A DNA stretch of 32,000 nt from Candidatus Saccharimonadota bacterium (GTDB lineage: Bacteria > Bacteroidota > Bacteroidia > Cytophagales > Amoebophilaceae): contig NZ_OW441264.1 of NCBI RefSeq assembly GCF_936981045.1, forward strand, positions 690,001 through 722,000, read 5' to 3'. Position 1 is the stretch's first letter. Every line of letters begins with the position of its first letter. The notes under the pieces were generated by a model, which saw only the letters and a list, made by a program, of their open reading frames with translations, made no database searches and was not told the DNA's origin. A program made the translations under genes and the position numbers. Of the stretch, positions 10,015 through 20,250 are shown one piece after another.

Positions 10015-10331
10015 ATGAATGGACAAAAAATAGGATATGTGCATGTGAGCACAATTAGAACAAAACATAGAACGATAACTAGACAATATTCCACTAGATC
10101 GTGTCTTTATAGATAGAGCCAGTGGAAAAGATAAAAATAGACCCCAGTTAGAACTGTTATTGGATTTTGTCCGCCAAGGAAATATTGTCTTTGTGCATAG
10201 TATGGACCGAATGGTCAGAAACCTAGAAGATCTGAGAGGCATTATCAAGTACCTTACAGGTAAAGGCGTGCAAGTTAAATTTATAAAAGAAAACCTTACT
10301 TTTTCTGGTGAAGATACACCACTATCTACCG
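10015..10331 (+). pseudogene. Serine recombinase (resolvase/invertase), frameshifted and 3'-truncated
   Basis: ATG at 10015 gives MNGQKIGYVHVST.. (catalytic Ser context). A frame change then restores ..DRVFIDRASGKDKNRPQLELLLDFVRQGNIVFVHSMDRMVRNLEDL...KGVQVKFIKENLTFSGEDTP. The frame runs into the IS6 terminal IR at 10332, so the HTH domain is missing. Confidence 0.8.
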
Positions 10332-10565
10332 GTTCTGTCGCGTCTATATTTTCGTTAGTAACGTCTTTTCTTTTAAGTGAAGTTTTGGATATATATTGGT
10401 TATTATTCGGCCATTAGCATAACAAAATTCTCAAAAGTAGAAAGATGATTTTTAGCTCCGATTACTTGTCCTTTTTGAATCATAGGAATGTTTTCTATCT
10501 CTACAATGGTCTAGAGTAAAGAAATGGTTGGACCACTTAAAATTAAGCATATCTATTGCTTCTGA

Positions 10566-12462
10566 TTGCTCGCAATACAGTAGCTGACTAACTTGATTCT
10601 TCATTGTTTACCCATTCCCTTCTCATCCTAAGGTACGTTCAGTTTTCCCGAATAGGGCGGTCCGACAGTCTTCTTCATAAACTTTGCACAACTCTCTCAG
10701 GATACTTAATCATTCCACTACCAATGTACAACATCCCCATTGTATAGAGTTTGCTATTGGGATAGCTTTGCCACCCACACCCACGGCCTTTTCTTCTATG
10801 GGTTAAGTATCTGCGAAATCGGTTATTAATAAAGTTCTGCAATCTAACAAAAGCTTCACTGGAATTCGTATGTTTAAAATAGTTAACCCATCCTAACACT
10901 ACTGGTTTTATTTGCTCGATGAATGTTTGAGGTTTGATTGGTGCTTTTCTACAAGTCAGGTATTTTAGTCTGTTACGGATGCTTTGTTGGGATTGTTTCG
11001 TTGGAAATACATAAATGCTATTTCTGCCACTTGTTGGACTCTTTCTTTTTACAAAGTAAAAACCTATGAAGTTAAAGCCTTCTTTCAGTTTCGTTATTCG
11101 TGTCTTTTGGTGGTTAATAATGAGCGATAACCTCCTTACTAATTCTGTGAATTTCTCCAGCGCTAAGCTAGCACTCTTACGACATACCAAAATTGCATCA
11201 TCACAATACCTATGCAAGGTTGCGCTTAGCTTTTCTGGATACCCCCTTGAGTGCCACACTTGGTCTATAACATTTAGGTAGATATTACTATACAACGGTG
11301 ATATTGGTGATCCTTGCGGTACTCCAACTTTCTTGCATGTAATTTTACCTTGTTTTACTATTGACGTTGTTAGGGTTTGTTTAATTAGCTTCAACATACT
11401 GCCATCTGCTATCCTTTTACTAATAAGTTTTAATAACTTTTCATGTGGGATGCTAATAAAGTATGATTGAAAATCAATCTCAACTACGCCCCATGCCTGC
11501 TGGTATAGATCTTCTCGGATCACTAAACTCGCTTGTTTGGCTCCTCGTTTCGGTCTATAGCCGTATGAACATTCATGAAAATCAGCTTCGAAGATCGGTT
11601 CAATGACTATTTTCATTGCTGTGAGCACTATGAGATCTTCTACGGTCATTACCTCTAGTGGCCTTGTTCCACCTTTAGCTTTGGGTATTTCTACCAACCT
11701 GCTTGAGGTAAATTTGTATAGCTTTGCGCGTAGTTGCTGCTGCAATTTATTGATAATCTTTGCCTCACCTTGATCTATTATATCACTTATGCTTTTACCA
11801 TCAATTCCTGCTGAACCTTGATTTGCTTTGACTTGACGCCAAGCTTCCCAAAGTACATCTTTTAGATAAATTTTATCATATATACTATAAAATCTGACTT
11901 CCTTACATTGCTTGGATTTGAGATATAGAGTTCTTTGGAGTTGCTGAACTTTTAATGTTCCGTTCATAGCTTTAGGGCAATCAGACATTCTCAACTCTTT
12001 TAAACTCGTTAACTGAAGTAGGGTCCCTTTCCTCTTGAGTGGTTTCCCAATCAATACGAACGGTATTATAGACCCCGCGGACTTCTGATATCACCCTTAT
12101 TGATTTCGCTTTACTTATACAATAAAGTTTCCAGTGGCCTACTGGATTCATATCAGATCTCCCGGACTACGATGTGAAACATTCATAGCGTGCAACCCCT
12201 AACACCCTGGCACTTGTATGATGGTCATGGTCTATTTTTTCCATCCTACTATCAGCCTTCCTGTAGCCACTAGATAGTCGGCAAATGCGCTTAAACGGCT
12301 TAACGAGGCTAATTTAGGTTCACTTTTGTTGCAGCCCGCTATTTTGCAGATGCATTTAAAGGTAACTTAAACCTGTGAATCACCCCACAAATCCAACCTC
12401 CTGCTAGATTCCCGAAATAGACAAATTAGAGTCAGGGGACTTACACCCCATTTGTTGCACAC
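10566..12462 (-). mobile_element. Group II intron (RNA domains plus intron-encoded protein); boundaries approximate
   Basis: It contains an RT/maturase ORF. About 400 nt of structured-looking non-coding sequence lies upstream, with a candidate 5' GUGUG at 12462 on the minus strand. About 110 nt lies downstream of the ORF. I could not fold domains V/VI confidently by eye. Confidence 0.75.
10675..12054 (-). CDS. Group II intron reverse transcriptase/maturase
   Basis: 459-aa ORF with RT blocks (GSAGIDG, RPLEVMTVEDLIV, YGYRPKR, VGVPQGSPISPLYSNIYL, the YCDD box in HRYCDDAILV) and a maturase X-like C-terminus (GWVNYFKH). An alternative start lies at 11988. Confidence 0.9.
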   Translation of the reverse strand: MIGKPLKRKGTLLQLTSLKELRMSDCPKAMNGTLKVQQLQRTLYLKSKQCKEVRFYSIYDKIYLKDVLWEAWRQVKANQGSAGIDGKSISDIIDQGEAKIINKLQQQLRAKLYKFTSSRLVEIPKAKGGTRPLEVMTVEDLIVLTAMKIVIEPIFEADFHECSYGYRPKRGAKQASLVIREDLYQQAWGVVEIDFQSYFISIPHEKLLKLISKRIADGSMLKLIKQTLTTSIVKQGKITCKKVGVPQGSPISPLYSNIYLNVIDQVWHSRGYPEKLSATLHRYCDDAILVCRKSASLALEKFTELVRRLSLIINHQKTRITKLKEGFNFIGFYFVKRKSPTSGRNSIYVFPTKQSQQSIRNRLKYLTCRKAPIKPQTFIEQIKPVVLGWVNYFKHTNSSEAFVRLQNFINNRFRRYLTHRRKGRGCGWQSYPNSKLYTMGMLYIGSGMIKYPERVVQSL

Positions 12463-12504
12463 CTGTGCCGGCGTGCAATGGCTGCAGACTTAAAACACTT
12501 AAAA

Positions 12505-12877
12505 CTAAGCAAAAGCTGCAGACTTGTCTCTATGCTCAGATAGAAAAAAGTCAACTGTATCACCATAACGATCTACTGTTCTATATAAATAGATCCACTT
12601 CCTGTTTAGTTTAACATAGGTCTCATCCATTCTCCAACTACCACCAACTGGTCGTTTTCTTTTGCTTACTGCTTCATCTATTAAGAGGAACAAACTTAAT
12701 AACCCATCTTTGTAGCGTAGAATGATCAACTCTTGTGCCTCTCATACGCATCATCTCTTCCAAATCTCTATAGCTCAAGGAAAAACGATACTTCATCTAG
12801 ACAAATAACAGGATGACTTCTGCTGAAGAACAATAGCCCTTAAAATAAGGTAATAATTTGGGCGAAATATTAAACAT
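12505..12877 (-). pseudogene. IS6-family transposase, N-terminal two-thirds, with a stop and a frameshift
   Basis: The minus strand reads MFNISPKLLPYFKGYCSSAEVILLFV*MKYRFSLSYRDLEEMMRMRGTRVDHSTLQRWV... It then shifts frame to ...WRMDETYVKLNRKWIYLYRTVDRYGDTVDFFLSEHRDKSAA, the IS26/ISS1-type DDE core. Confidence 0.8.
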
Positions 12878-12985
12878 AATAACTACTTTTTTAACTGCAG
12901 ATACTAAAATAATGATTTTTTAGAATAAACGCGACAAAACCTATTATTGAATATTTAATGGCTCGAATCAGTAGATCTACCCGAA

Positions 12986-13999
12986 TCACACATCAAACAA
13001 GCCATCAAGTCCTTGCTTCAATGGAAGTTCGTCAAAAAGAATGCGATAGATGATTTCCGTAATGGGCGCCTTCCTCCCATAAGATTGCATCAACTGGTGA
13101 ATGGCTTTAACCGTTTGCACCCCTTCGGAAACCTCTTTTGTTGTGCTCAAGACATCGGCCAGCGTTTCACCGTTGGCCAAACGGTAGCCAATGGTATAGT
13201 TTCTACTAACCGTGCTGCCACAAGTGGCTATTAAATCTCCTAGACCAGCTGGCCCTAATAAGGCATTTTTGCTGATGCGCATAGTAGTCATGATATAACG
13301 CATTTCTGAGATGGCCATGGTCATGAAAAAAGCATAGGTATTAGATTGATACCCCATGCCTCCTATTATACCCGCACCAATAGCAAAAATATTTTTCAGC
13401 ACACTACATACTTCTACACTGAGCAAATCATGCGTCGTGTAGACACGAAACCAGTCATTGGTTAAAAGCTGCTCTCCTACAGATAAAACCTTTTGAGTAG
13501 CACTGGCAACGACTGTAACAGCGGGATGCTTTTTAACCAAATCTGTAGACAAATTAGGACCAGCCAAGCAACCAATTTGTTGCACCACTGTTTCTTGCAT
13601 GATTACTTCACTCATAGTAGCCACATGGCGTCTGGTCAATGTATCATCATCTTGGGCAAAATCGAATCCCTTGGTTCCATGTATTAGTATGTGGTCTGGT
13701 CTGAGATCTGAAGCGATCTGTTGCATCAATCCACGAAATTTAGCAGCAGGTACTACTGGAAAGATCACAGAACAAGTGCGCAAGACCATTACCAAATCAT
13801 TCGTAACAACTACATTAGCTGATAATAGTTGATCCGCAACGCTACGGCTTATTTGCCAGGCGCAAGCATGTTCCGCTTTATGCATATACAAGCACACACG
13901 GTTTACATTAGGTGCCACTAAGTTTGCAACAGCAGTACCAAACTTTCCAGCCCCTAAAACCGCTACCACTTTATTGCGAAAAAGGTACTTCGAGGCCAT
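12986..13999 (-). CDS. gpsA: NAD(P)H-dependent glycerol-3-phosphate dehydrogenase
   Basis: 337-aa ORF with the N-terminal Rossmann motif VLGAGKFGTAVA and the GLGDLIATCGSTVSRN motif typical of GpsA. Confidence 0.9.
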   Translation of the reverse strand: MASKYLFRNKVVAVLGAGKFGTAVANLVAPNVNRVCLYMHKAEHACAWQISRSVADQLLSANVVVTNDLVMVLRTCSVIFPVVPAAKFRGLMQQIASDLRPDHILIHGTKGFDFAQDDDTLTRRHVATMSEVIMQETVVQQIGCLAGPNLSTDLVKKHPAVTVVASATQKVLSVGEQLLTNDWFRVYTTHDLLSVEVCSVLKNIFAIGAGIIGGMGYQSNTYAFFMTMAISEMRYIMTTMRISKNALLGPAGLGDLIATCGSTVSRNYTIGYRLANGETLADVLSTTKEVSEGVQTVKAIHQLMQSYGRKAPITEIIYRILFDELPLKQGLDGLFDV

Positions 14000-15599
14000 A
14001 ACCAGTAAGTCTATTGTGATAATAATATAATATCAAAAGATCTTGAATAACTAAATCACCACTTTCCGTTACCACTAATGGTGCTTGGGCATGGTATATT
14101 CCCAATTTAGTCCATCCATCTTTGGCAATAGCCTCCAACGGACCATCCCGTACAATAGGCGCAAAATCTATTTTTTGCGCTGTATAAAGCAATTGCAACG
14201 CTGTATACGTATGCCCAAATGCCACCATAAAATCGACATGATGGATGGTAACATCCGTTAGATCCATTGAAAATCCTTCTTTTTTTTGAGCCAATTCATA
14301 AGCTACAAAAGCTACTAAGTGACTACTTAGTACGGTATTAATACGATAATAAGCTGCTACAATTTTACGACTCAGTGTTTGTACATAGTCATCTGACCGT
14401 TTTCTAGTAGGCGTTTTTATGGGCAAATTGAGAAACTGTTGATATAAGTCTATTTCCTGACCTTGATCATCATAACTACGTCCCTCTATGTCTACCCTAT
14501 TCCCCATTACATCTAAAGGCGTACCTATATTAATGAATATTTCTGAACCCTTAAATAATATATTTTTGCTGAATAGAAGGTTGGTATAACAACAACTTTG
14601 CTCGGCCAAAGATGCTGCAACACTTTCTATTTGAACCGATTCACCTATCAATTGACAGGCCTCTAACACACAATGATAATTTAGTACTATGGGCACAATA
14701 AAAAGCTTCTTAGCATTTGCCCCTTGGTTTTGAAAGTTACTTTCTTGTGCTTCAAAAGGGGTACCTAATAATCCTAATTTCAAATCAGTCTCTATCGCAC
14801 CCAAGCGGCTACGGGTTCCACCCGGATAAAATAGCATATGGCAGCCCCATTCTAGTGTAAGACACGCATAATCTTTCTGTGCTTGTAAATAGGGTATGGT
14901 CTTTTTGCGGCGATCTACCTTATAGGTGCCTAGCTTATTAAAAACATACCGAAACCCCTTATTATTAAACAAATTCAATCCTGCTCCCCAAGTCAAAGGG
15001 GGTAATCCTAATTGTTTCATAGCCAATCCTATCACAACAGAATCCCAATTGCTGGTATGAGTAGGTACCAAAACAATCGTCCCTATTTTCGCCAATGCGC
15101 GAATGGTATCCGTTTGACCCATCAAATGAAATTTTTCCTGTAACCTTTTGTGGCGAGTGGTCCAACGTTCTGCTCCGGATCCAAAACAATGGGGCTTAAG
15201 CAGATGTATAAAGGTATGGTGCATACCTTTGGATATATACTCATAATGGCGCACACTAAAACAGCTGCAAATCTCCCTTACATATCGCTCTATAACATTT
15301 TTTAAAAGCTTAGTGGCTTCCACTTTACTTTCAATGGACAAAGCGATAGTCTCCCAAAAGGAACGGTCATCCTTAGGATCACAGCTCCATGGATCTGATG
15401 CCATTCTAGCCAATTCTCTAGAAGTTGTTTGCGCTAATATCTGGTAAAGCGCTCCATCTATTGGATAACGTGCGCACAAAGATTTAAAACTTTTATCCAC
15501 GACTGCCCTTAAAAAAGCTTTGTGGTGTTTATGAAGTATGGTAATGGGCCAACGACTGGCTTGAGGCTCAATAGGTATAAACTGATCTTGGGTAGACAT
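13971..15599 (-). CDS. PlsB/GPAT-like glycerolipid acyltransferase
   Basis: 542-aa ORF with the HX4D acyltransferase motif (VPTHTSNWDSVV) and FYPGGTRSR block III. It overlaps gpsA by 29 bp, which suggests an operon. Confidence 0.75.
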   Translation of the reverse strand: MSTQDQFIPIEPQASRWPITILHKHHKAFLRAVVDKSFKSLCARYPIDGALYQILAQTTSRELARMASDPWSCDPKDDRSFWETIALSIESKVEATKLLKNVIERYVREICSCFSVRHYEYISKGMHHTFIHLLKPHCFGSGAERWTTRHKRLQEKFHLMGQTDTIRALAKIGTIVLVPTHTSNWDSVVIGLAMKQLGLPPLTWGAGLNLFNNKGFRYVFNKLGTYKVDRRKKTIPYLQAQKDYACLTLEWGCHMLFYPGGTRSRLGAIETDLKLGLLGTPFEAQESNFQNQGANAKKLFIVPIVLNYHCVLEACQLIGESVQIESVAASLAEQSCCYTNLLFSKNILFKGSEIFINIGTPLDVMGNRVDIEGRSYDDQGQEIDLYQQFLNLPIKTPTRKRSDDYVQTLSRKIVAAYYRINTVLSSHLVAFVAYELAQKKEGFSMDLTDVTIHHVDFMVAFGHTYTALQLLYTAQKIDFAPIVRDGPLEAIAKDGWTKLGIYHAQAPLVVTESGDLVIQDLLILYYYHNRLTGYGLEVPFSQ

Positions 15600-15698
15600 A
15601 TTGTATCTTTTTAACGAAATAAGCCGTAATTTACGGCCAAATGGATGAGATTAAAAAGCTTACCTGATCGTTTGGTATTGCAAGATAATAAGATCAAA

Positions 15699-16163
15699 AT
15701 GAATATTTATTATTTTTCAGAAGAAATTAGTTTTAGACTAAGACAAAAAAGAAAAATTTCTGCTTGGTTACAAACGGTTATCAAACAAGAAGGATACACA
15801 CTAGATCATCTTAACTTTATTTTTTGTTCGGATAACTATTTGCATGCCAAAAATATAACCTATTTAGGACATGACACTTTAACGGATGTAATTACATTTA
15901 ACTATTCCACAGGTGCAAAAACCATCTTAGGAGATGTGTATATAAGCATTGAACGTGTCGGCGAAAATGCTAAAATATATAACCGAACAATGGAAGAAGA
16001 ACTCTATACAGTAATGGTACATGGTCTATTGCACCTGTTGGCCTACAATGATCAAAAATCAGAAGATCAATTGATTATGAGAGAAAAAGAAACCTTTTAT
16101 TTGAACCAGTTAGGACGATATTTAGCGTTAAAAGAACGAACGCTATGTACAATGGAAGCATAG
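15699..16163 (+). CDS. ybeY: rRNA maturation endoribonuclease YbeY
   Basis: The zinc motif HGLLHLLAYND and its size fit YbeY when started at ATG 15699 (MNIYYFSEE...). The track ORF starts 18 codons earlier, at 15645. Confidence 0.88.
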   Translation: MNIYYFSEEISFRLRQKRKISAWLQTVIKQEGYTLDHLNFIFCSDNYLHAKNITYLGHDTLTDVITFNYSTGAKTILGDVYISIERVGENAKIYNRTMEEELYTVMVHGLLHLLAYNDQKSEDQLIMREKETFYLNQLGRYLALKERTLCTMEA

Positions 16164-16196
16164 ATTACTTATGAAGCTTAGCGCATAGCTAAGAGC

Positions 16197-17551
16197 GGAA
16201 GTGTTCTATAAACTGTGTCAAGGTGATAAAAAGTTATAAATTAATTAAATAAACATTAAAGGTTTTAGACATGGAAGAAAATAAGAACAATTCCTATGTT
16301 GGTTTAGTAGATTACAAATTTCTGTAGGAAAATATTTTGTGCTCTATCCGTTTAGGTAAGCCTTTAACAGGAAAAGGTGGTGCTTTAACGCCTCTGATAA
16401 AAAAGCTTCTAGAGGCAAGTCTAGAAGGTGAAATGGCACACCATTTATCTAGTGATTCAACAGAAAATAATAGAAGAAATGGCAAAAGCTCTAAAACTTT
16501 ACGTACAAGTTCTGGTTCCTTTGATCTGCTAACTCCTAGGGATAGGACAGGTAGTTTCGATCCACAAATAGTTAAAAAGCGTCAAACAAGCCTACATCCT
16601 GAGCTGGAAAGCAAGATCTTAAGCATGTTTTCTAGTGGTATGAGCTATAAATCTATAGCCGTTCATGTTGAAGAGATCTATGATCATAAAGTATCAGCTG
16701 CTGAAATATCATCTATTACAGATAGCTTGTTACCGATAATAAATGAATGGCGTAACCGCCCTCTTCAATCAGTTTATCCGATAGTTTTCATGGATGGGAT
16801 ATTTTTTAAGGTAAAAGAAGATGGCAGATGTGTAAGCAAATGCATGTATACCTTATTAGGCATAGATCAAGAGGGTAAAAAAGAAGTATTGGGATTTATT
16901 TGTCTGAAAGTGAGTGGGCTAACTTCTGGTTGGGTGTACTTAACGAGCTTAAGGAAAGAGGTGTAGAAGATATCCTTATTGCCTGTGTTGATGGCCTAAA
17001 AAGCTTTCCTTCAGCCATAAATAGCGTTTTCCCTAATGCACAAGTGCAGGTCTGTGTAGTACATCAGATACGAAACTCACTCAAGTATGTAGCTAGCAAA
17101 GACGTAAAACGTTTTTTAACTGATTTAAAGCAAATATATCAAGCTTCAAGTAAGGAAGTTGCTGAGCATTATCTATTGGAATTAGAAGAAAAATGGGGGG
17201 GGAAGTATCCAATGGTTACCAAATCTTGGCAAAATAATTGGGAACATTTGTCTGGTTATTTTAAGTATTCAGATCCTGTCAGAAGGCTAATTTATACCAC
17301 CAATCCTATAGAAAGCTTGCATAGGCAGATTAGGAAGTTTACCAAGACAAAAGGAGCGTTTACCAGTATAAATGCTTTGTATAAATTAGTATATTGTGCC
17401 ATAAAGAAGATCGAGGATAAATGGACTATGCCGCTGCGAAACTAGGCGTTGACTATATCTCAGATAGACATCTTTTTTCCCGGTAGATTAAAAGAGACGT
17501 TGAGATGAACAGGAGATGTGACACAGTTTATAGAACACTTCCACCGGAGTA
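16197..17551 (+). mobile_element. IS256-family insertion sequence #2 (1355 bp) with perfect 24-bp TIRs
   Basis: ggaagtgttctataaactgtgtca at 16197-16220 is the exact reverse complement of 17528-17551. I saw no matching target duplication in the flanks. Confidence 0.9.
16271..17445 (+). pseudogene. IS256-family transposase with an in-frame TAG and a 1-nt frameshift
   Basis: ATG at 16271 (MEENKNN...) meets TAG at 16325-16327 in the same frame as ORF 16337-16966. The frame breaks near 16896-16900 (VLGFI|CLK versus expected VLGFYLSESEWANFWLG). The downstream ORF 16900-17445 carries the CVVHQIRNS and NPIESLHRQIRK motifs. Confidence 0.85.
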
Positions 17552-17778
17552 TAAAGCCCCATACAATAGCACTACAAATAGTGGCATAAGTAAAAACTTT
17601 TTGAGCTTGGAATGGGCCAGAAGCCATGTAGACCGTTGTATTATCAATGGGTATATACGACGTACATTCAATAGATTAATGCCTTATTATTTAAGTTGCA
17701 CAACAATTGCTACTGCTTACGATTTTTCTCCATTTTATTCGTATTTTCAACTATTTATAAACCTTAATTTTCCCATTT

Positions 17779-20250
17779 ATGGATATAGCACCAACGGATC
17801 GTATCATACCAATCAATATAGAGGACGAAATGCGCGATGCCTACATAGATTATTCTATGTCTGTTATTGTAGCCAGGGCACTGCCTGATGTTCGGGATGG
17901 TTTAAAACCTGTACATAGACGGGTATTGTATGGTATGTATGAGCTTGGTCTGAGCCAGAGTAAATCTTATAAAAAGTCTGCAAGAATTGTGGGGGAAGTA
18001 CTGGGTAAGTACCATCCACATGGTGATGTAGCAATTTATGAAGCAATGGCTCGTATGGCCCAAAGTTGGTCACTCCGTTATCCACTTATAGAAGGCCAGG
18101 GTAATTTTGGCTCTATCGATGGAGATGCCCCTGCAGCTATGCGTTATACCGAAGCCCGTTTGGTGCGCATTTCTGAAGAGCTGATTAAAGAAATCAATAA
18201 AAATACTGTTGATTTTCAGTTTAATTTTGATGCCTCCTTAGAGGAACCCGTTGTATTGCCCGCAAAACTGCCCAACTTACTTTTAAATGGTGCTTCTGGT
18301 ATTGCAGTGGGTATGGCGACTAATATGGCTCCACATAATTTATCGGAAATATTAAGTGCTATTGTGGCCTATATTGAGAATAATGATATCACCATTTCTG
18401 AATTGATGGAATATGTTATAGCACCTGACTTTCCTACTGGCGGCATTATCTATGGCTATAATGGGGTACGCGAAGCCTTTCAAACGGGCAAAGGACGTGT
18501 TGTATTGCGTGGGAAGGCTACGATTGAAGTGACTGCTAATGGAAAAGAGCAAATTATTGTGACGAAAATACCCTATCAGGTGAACAAAGCGGTCATGATA
18601 GAAAGGACTGCACACCTGGTGAATGAAAAAAAAATAGAAGGCATTGCCGACATTCGAGATGAATCAGACAAAGAAGGGATGCGTATTGTCTATGACCTCA
18701 AACGGGATGCAATAGCCCATGTAGTCCTCAATAACCTCTATAAACAAACCCAACTACAAAGTTCTTTTAGTGTGAACAATGTAGCACTGGTAGAGGGTAG
18801 ACCTAAGATTTTAAACCTCAAAGAACTTATTGTCCATTTTGTAGACCATAGACATGAGGTATTGGTACGCAAAACCACCTTTGATCTGGAACATGCCAAG
18901 AAGAAAATACATCTGTTACAAGGCTATCTTATAGCTTTAGATCATTTAGATAGGGTGATTGCGCTGATTCGTGAGTCAAAAGATCCAGAAGTAGCTAAAG
19001 CCGCATTGATGGAGACTTTTCCCTTAAGTGAAGTACAAGCAAAAGCCATTCTAGAAATGCGTTTACAGCGTCTTACTGGTCTAGAGCGTGCTAAAATAGT
19101 AGAAGAACATCATCAGGTGCAAAAACTGATTGACCATTTATTAGAGATATTGGCTGATAAGGCGCTTCGTATGCAGTTGATTAAAGAGGAGCTGATTGCT
19201 CTAAAAGAGCGTTATGGCGATGCACGTAGAACAGTAGTAGAGTATGAGGCAGATGCATTTACCATGGAAGATATGATTCCAGATACGGAAATGGTGATTA
19301 TGGTTTCCAACCAAGGTTACATTAAAAGGACCCCATTGGTTGACTATCGTCTACAAGGTCGAGGCGGAATAGGTGCCAAGGGCATCACTACTAAAAAAGA
19401 TGATTTTACAGAGCATCTATTTATAGCTACTGCACACCAATATTTACTAATATTTACCGAATATGGCAAGATCTATTGGGTAAAAGTCTATACGATACCA
19501 GAAACGAAGAAGACCACACAAGGCAAAGCCATACAGAACTTAATCAATATAGCTCCTGGGGATCAAGTACGTAGTATTATTCAGGTTAGGGATTTGAAAG
19601 ATAATACATATGTTGATCATCATCATGTAGTCATGTGTACCAGGCAAGGCATTATTAAAAAAACGCCTCTTCATGCCTATGCTACGCCACGTGCCAATGG
19701 CATTCATGCCATTGTAATTCGAGAAGGAGATTCTCTATTAGATGTACAATTAACCAATGGCACCCACCATATTGTATTGGCATTAGAGTCTGGTAGAGCC
19801 ACGCAGTTTAATGAGCAAGATGTTCGTCCTATGGGACGTGTGGCTTCTGGCATAAGGGGCATTACGCTAGCGCATGAACAAGACCGTGTGATTGGTATGG
19901 CCTGTTTTCCAACACTGGATTTAGATGTTTTAGTTGTTTCTGAAAACGGTTATGGGAAACGTTCCCCTCTTGCAGATTATCGTATTACCAAAAGAGGTGG
20001 TAAGGGTGTGAAAACCCTTCAAATTACTGAAAAAACCGGAAAGCTAGTGGCCATTCATGCTGTGAAAAACCAGGATGAGCTGATGATTATGAACCAATCT
20101 GGTGTGGCCATTCGGATTGAAGTAAGTACATTGCCGCTTATAGGTAGAGCTACTCAAGGCGTTCGCTTGATTCGCTTGAGTCAAAATGATAAGATCGCTT
20201 CCGTAGCCAGAATAGATGTTTTAGCACAGGTAGATGCACAAGATCGTTAA
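17779..20250 (+). CDS. gyrA: DNA gyrase subunit A
   Basis: 823-aa ORF with [16 protein letters not shown], the active-site region AAMRYTE and C-terminal beta-pinwheel repeats. Confidence 0.97.
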   Translation: MDIAPTDRIIPINIEDEMRDAYIDYSMSVIVARALPDVRDGLKPVHRRVLYGMYELGLSQSKSYKKSARIVGEVLGKYHPHGDVAIYEAMARMAQSWSLRYPLIEGQGNFGSIDGDAPAAMRYTEARLVRISEELIKEINKNTVDFQFNFDASLEEPVVLPAKLPNLLLNGASGIAVGMATNMAPHNLSEILSAIVAYIENNDITISELMEYVIAPDFPTGGIIYGYNGVREAFQTGKGRVVLRGKATIEVTANGKEQIIVTKIPYQVNKAVMIERTAHLVNEKKIEGIADIRDESDKEGMRIVYDLKRDAIAHVVLNNLYKQTQLQSSFSVNNVALVEGRPKILNLKELIVHFVDHRHEVLVRKTTFDLEHAKKKIHLLQGYLIALDHLDRVIALIRESKDPEVAKAALMETFPLSEVQAKAILEMRLQRLTGLERAKIVEEHHQVQKLIDHLLEILADKALRMQLIKEELIALKERYGDARRTVVEYEADAFTMEDMIPDTEMVIMVSNQGYIKRTPLVDYRLQGRGGIGAKGITTKKDDFTEHLFIATAHQYLLIFTEYGKIYWVKVYTIPETKKTTQGKAIQNLINIAPGDQVRSIIQVRDLKDNTYVDHHHVVMCTRQGIIKKTPLHAYATPRANGIHAIVIREGDSLLDVQLTNGTHHIVLALESGRATQFNEQDVRPMGRVASGIRGITLAHEQDRVIGMACFPTLDLDVLVVSENGYGKRSPLADYRITKRGGKGVKTLQITEKTGKLVAIHAVKNQDELMIMNQSGVAIRIEVSTLPLIGRATQGVRLIRLSQNDKIASVARIDVLAQVDAQDR

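Larger units (their letters stand above)
10332..12941 (-). mobile_element. IS6-family insertion sequence interrupted by a group II intron
   Basis: The terminal IRs are ggttctgtcgcgtct (10332 onward) and the reverse complement ggttttgtcgcgttt (ending at 12941). Transposase N-terminal pieces lie at 12505-12877 and the C-terminal piece at 10396-10561. The flanks show no matching 8-bp direct repeat. Confidence 0.7.

Noticed and set aside
10009-10417. ORFs 10009-10248 (-) and 10160-10417 (+) as independent small genes
   Set aside because: The plus-strand ORF is the downstream frame of the frameshifted serine-recombinase pseudogene running into the IS6 terminal repeat. The minus-strand ORF is its antisense shadow.
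17505-17888. 127-aa ORF upstream of, and overlapping, the gyrA start
   Set aside because: It begins inside the IS256 terminal repeat, has an odd composition (Tyr/Asn/Cys-rich), and overlaps gyrA out of frame. The gyrA N-terminus from ATG 17779 is canonical.
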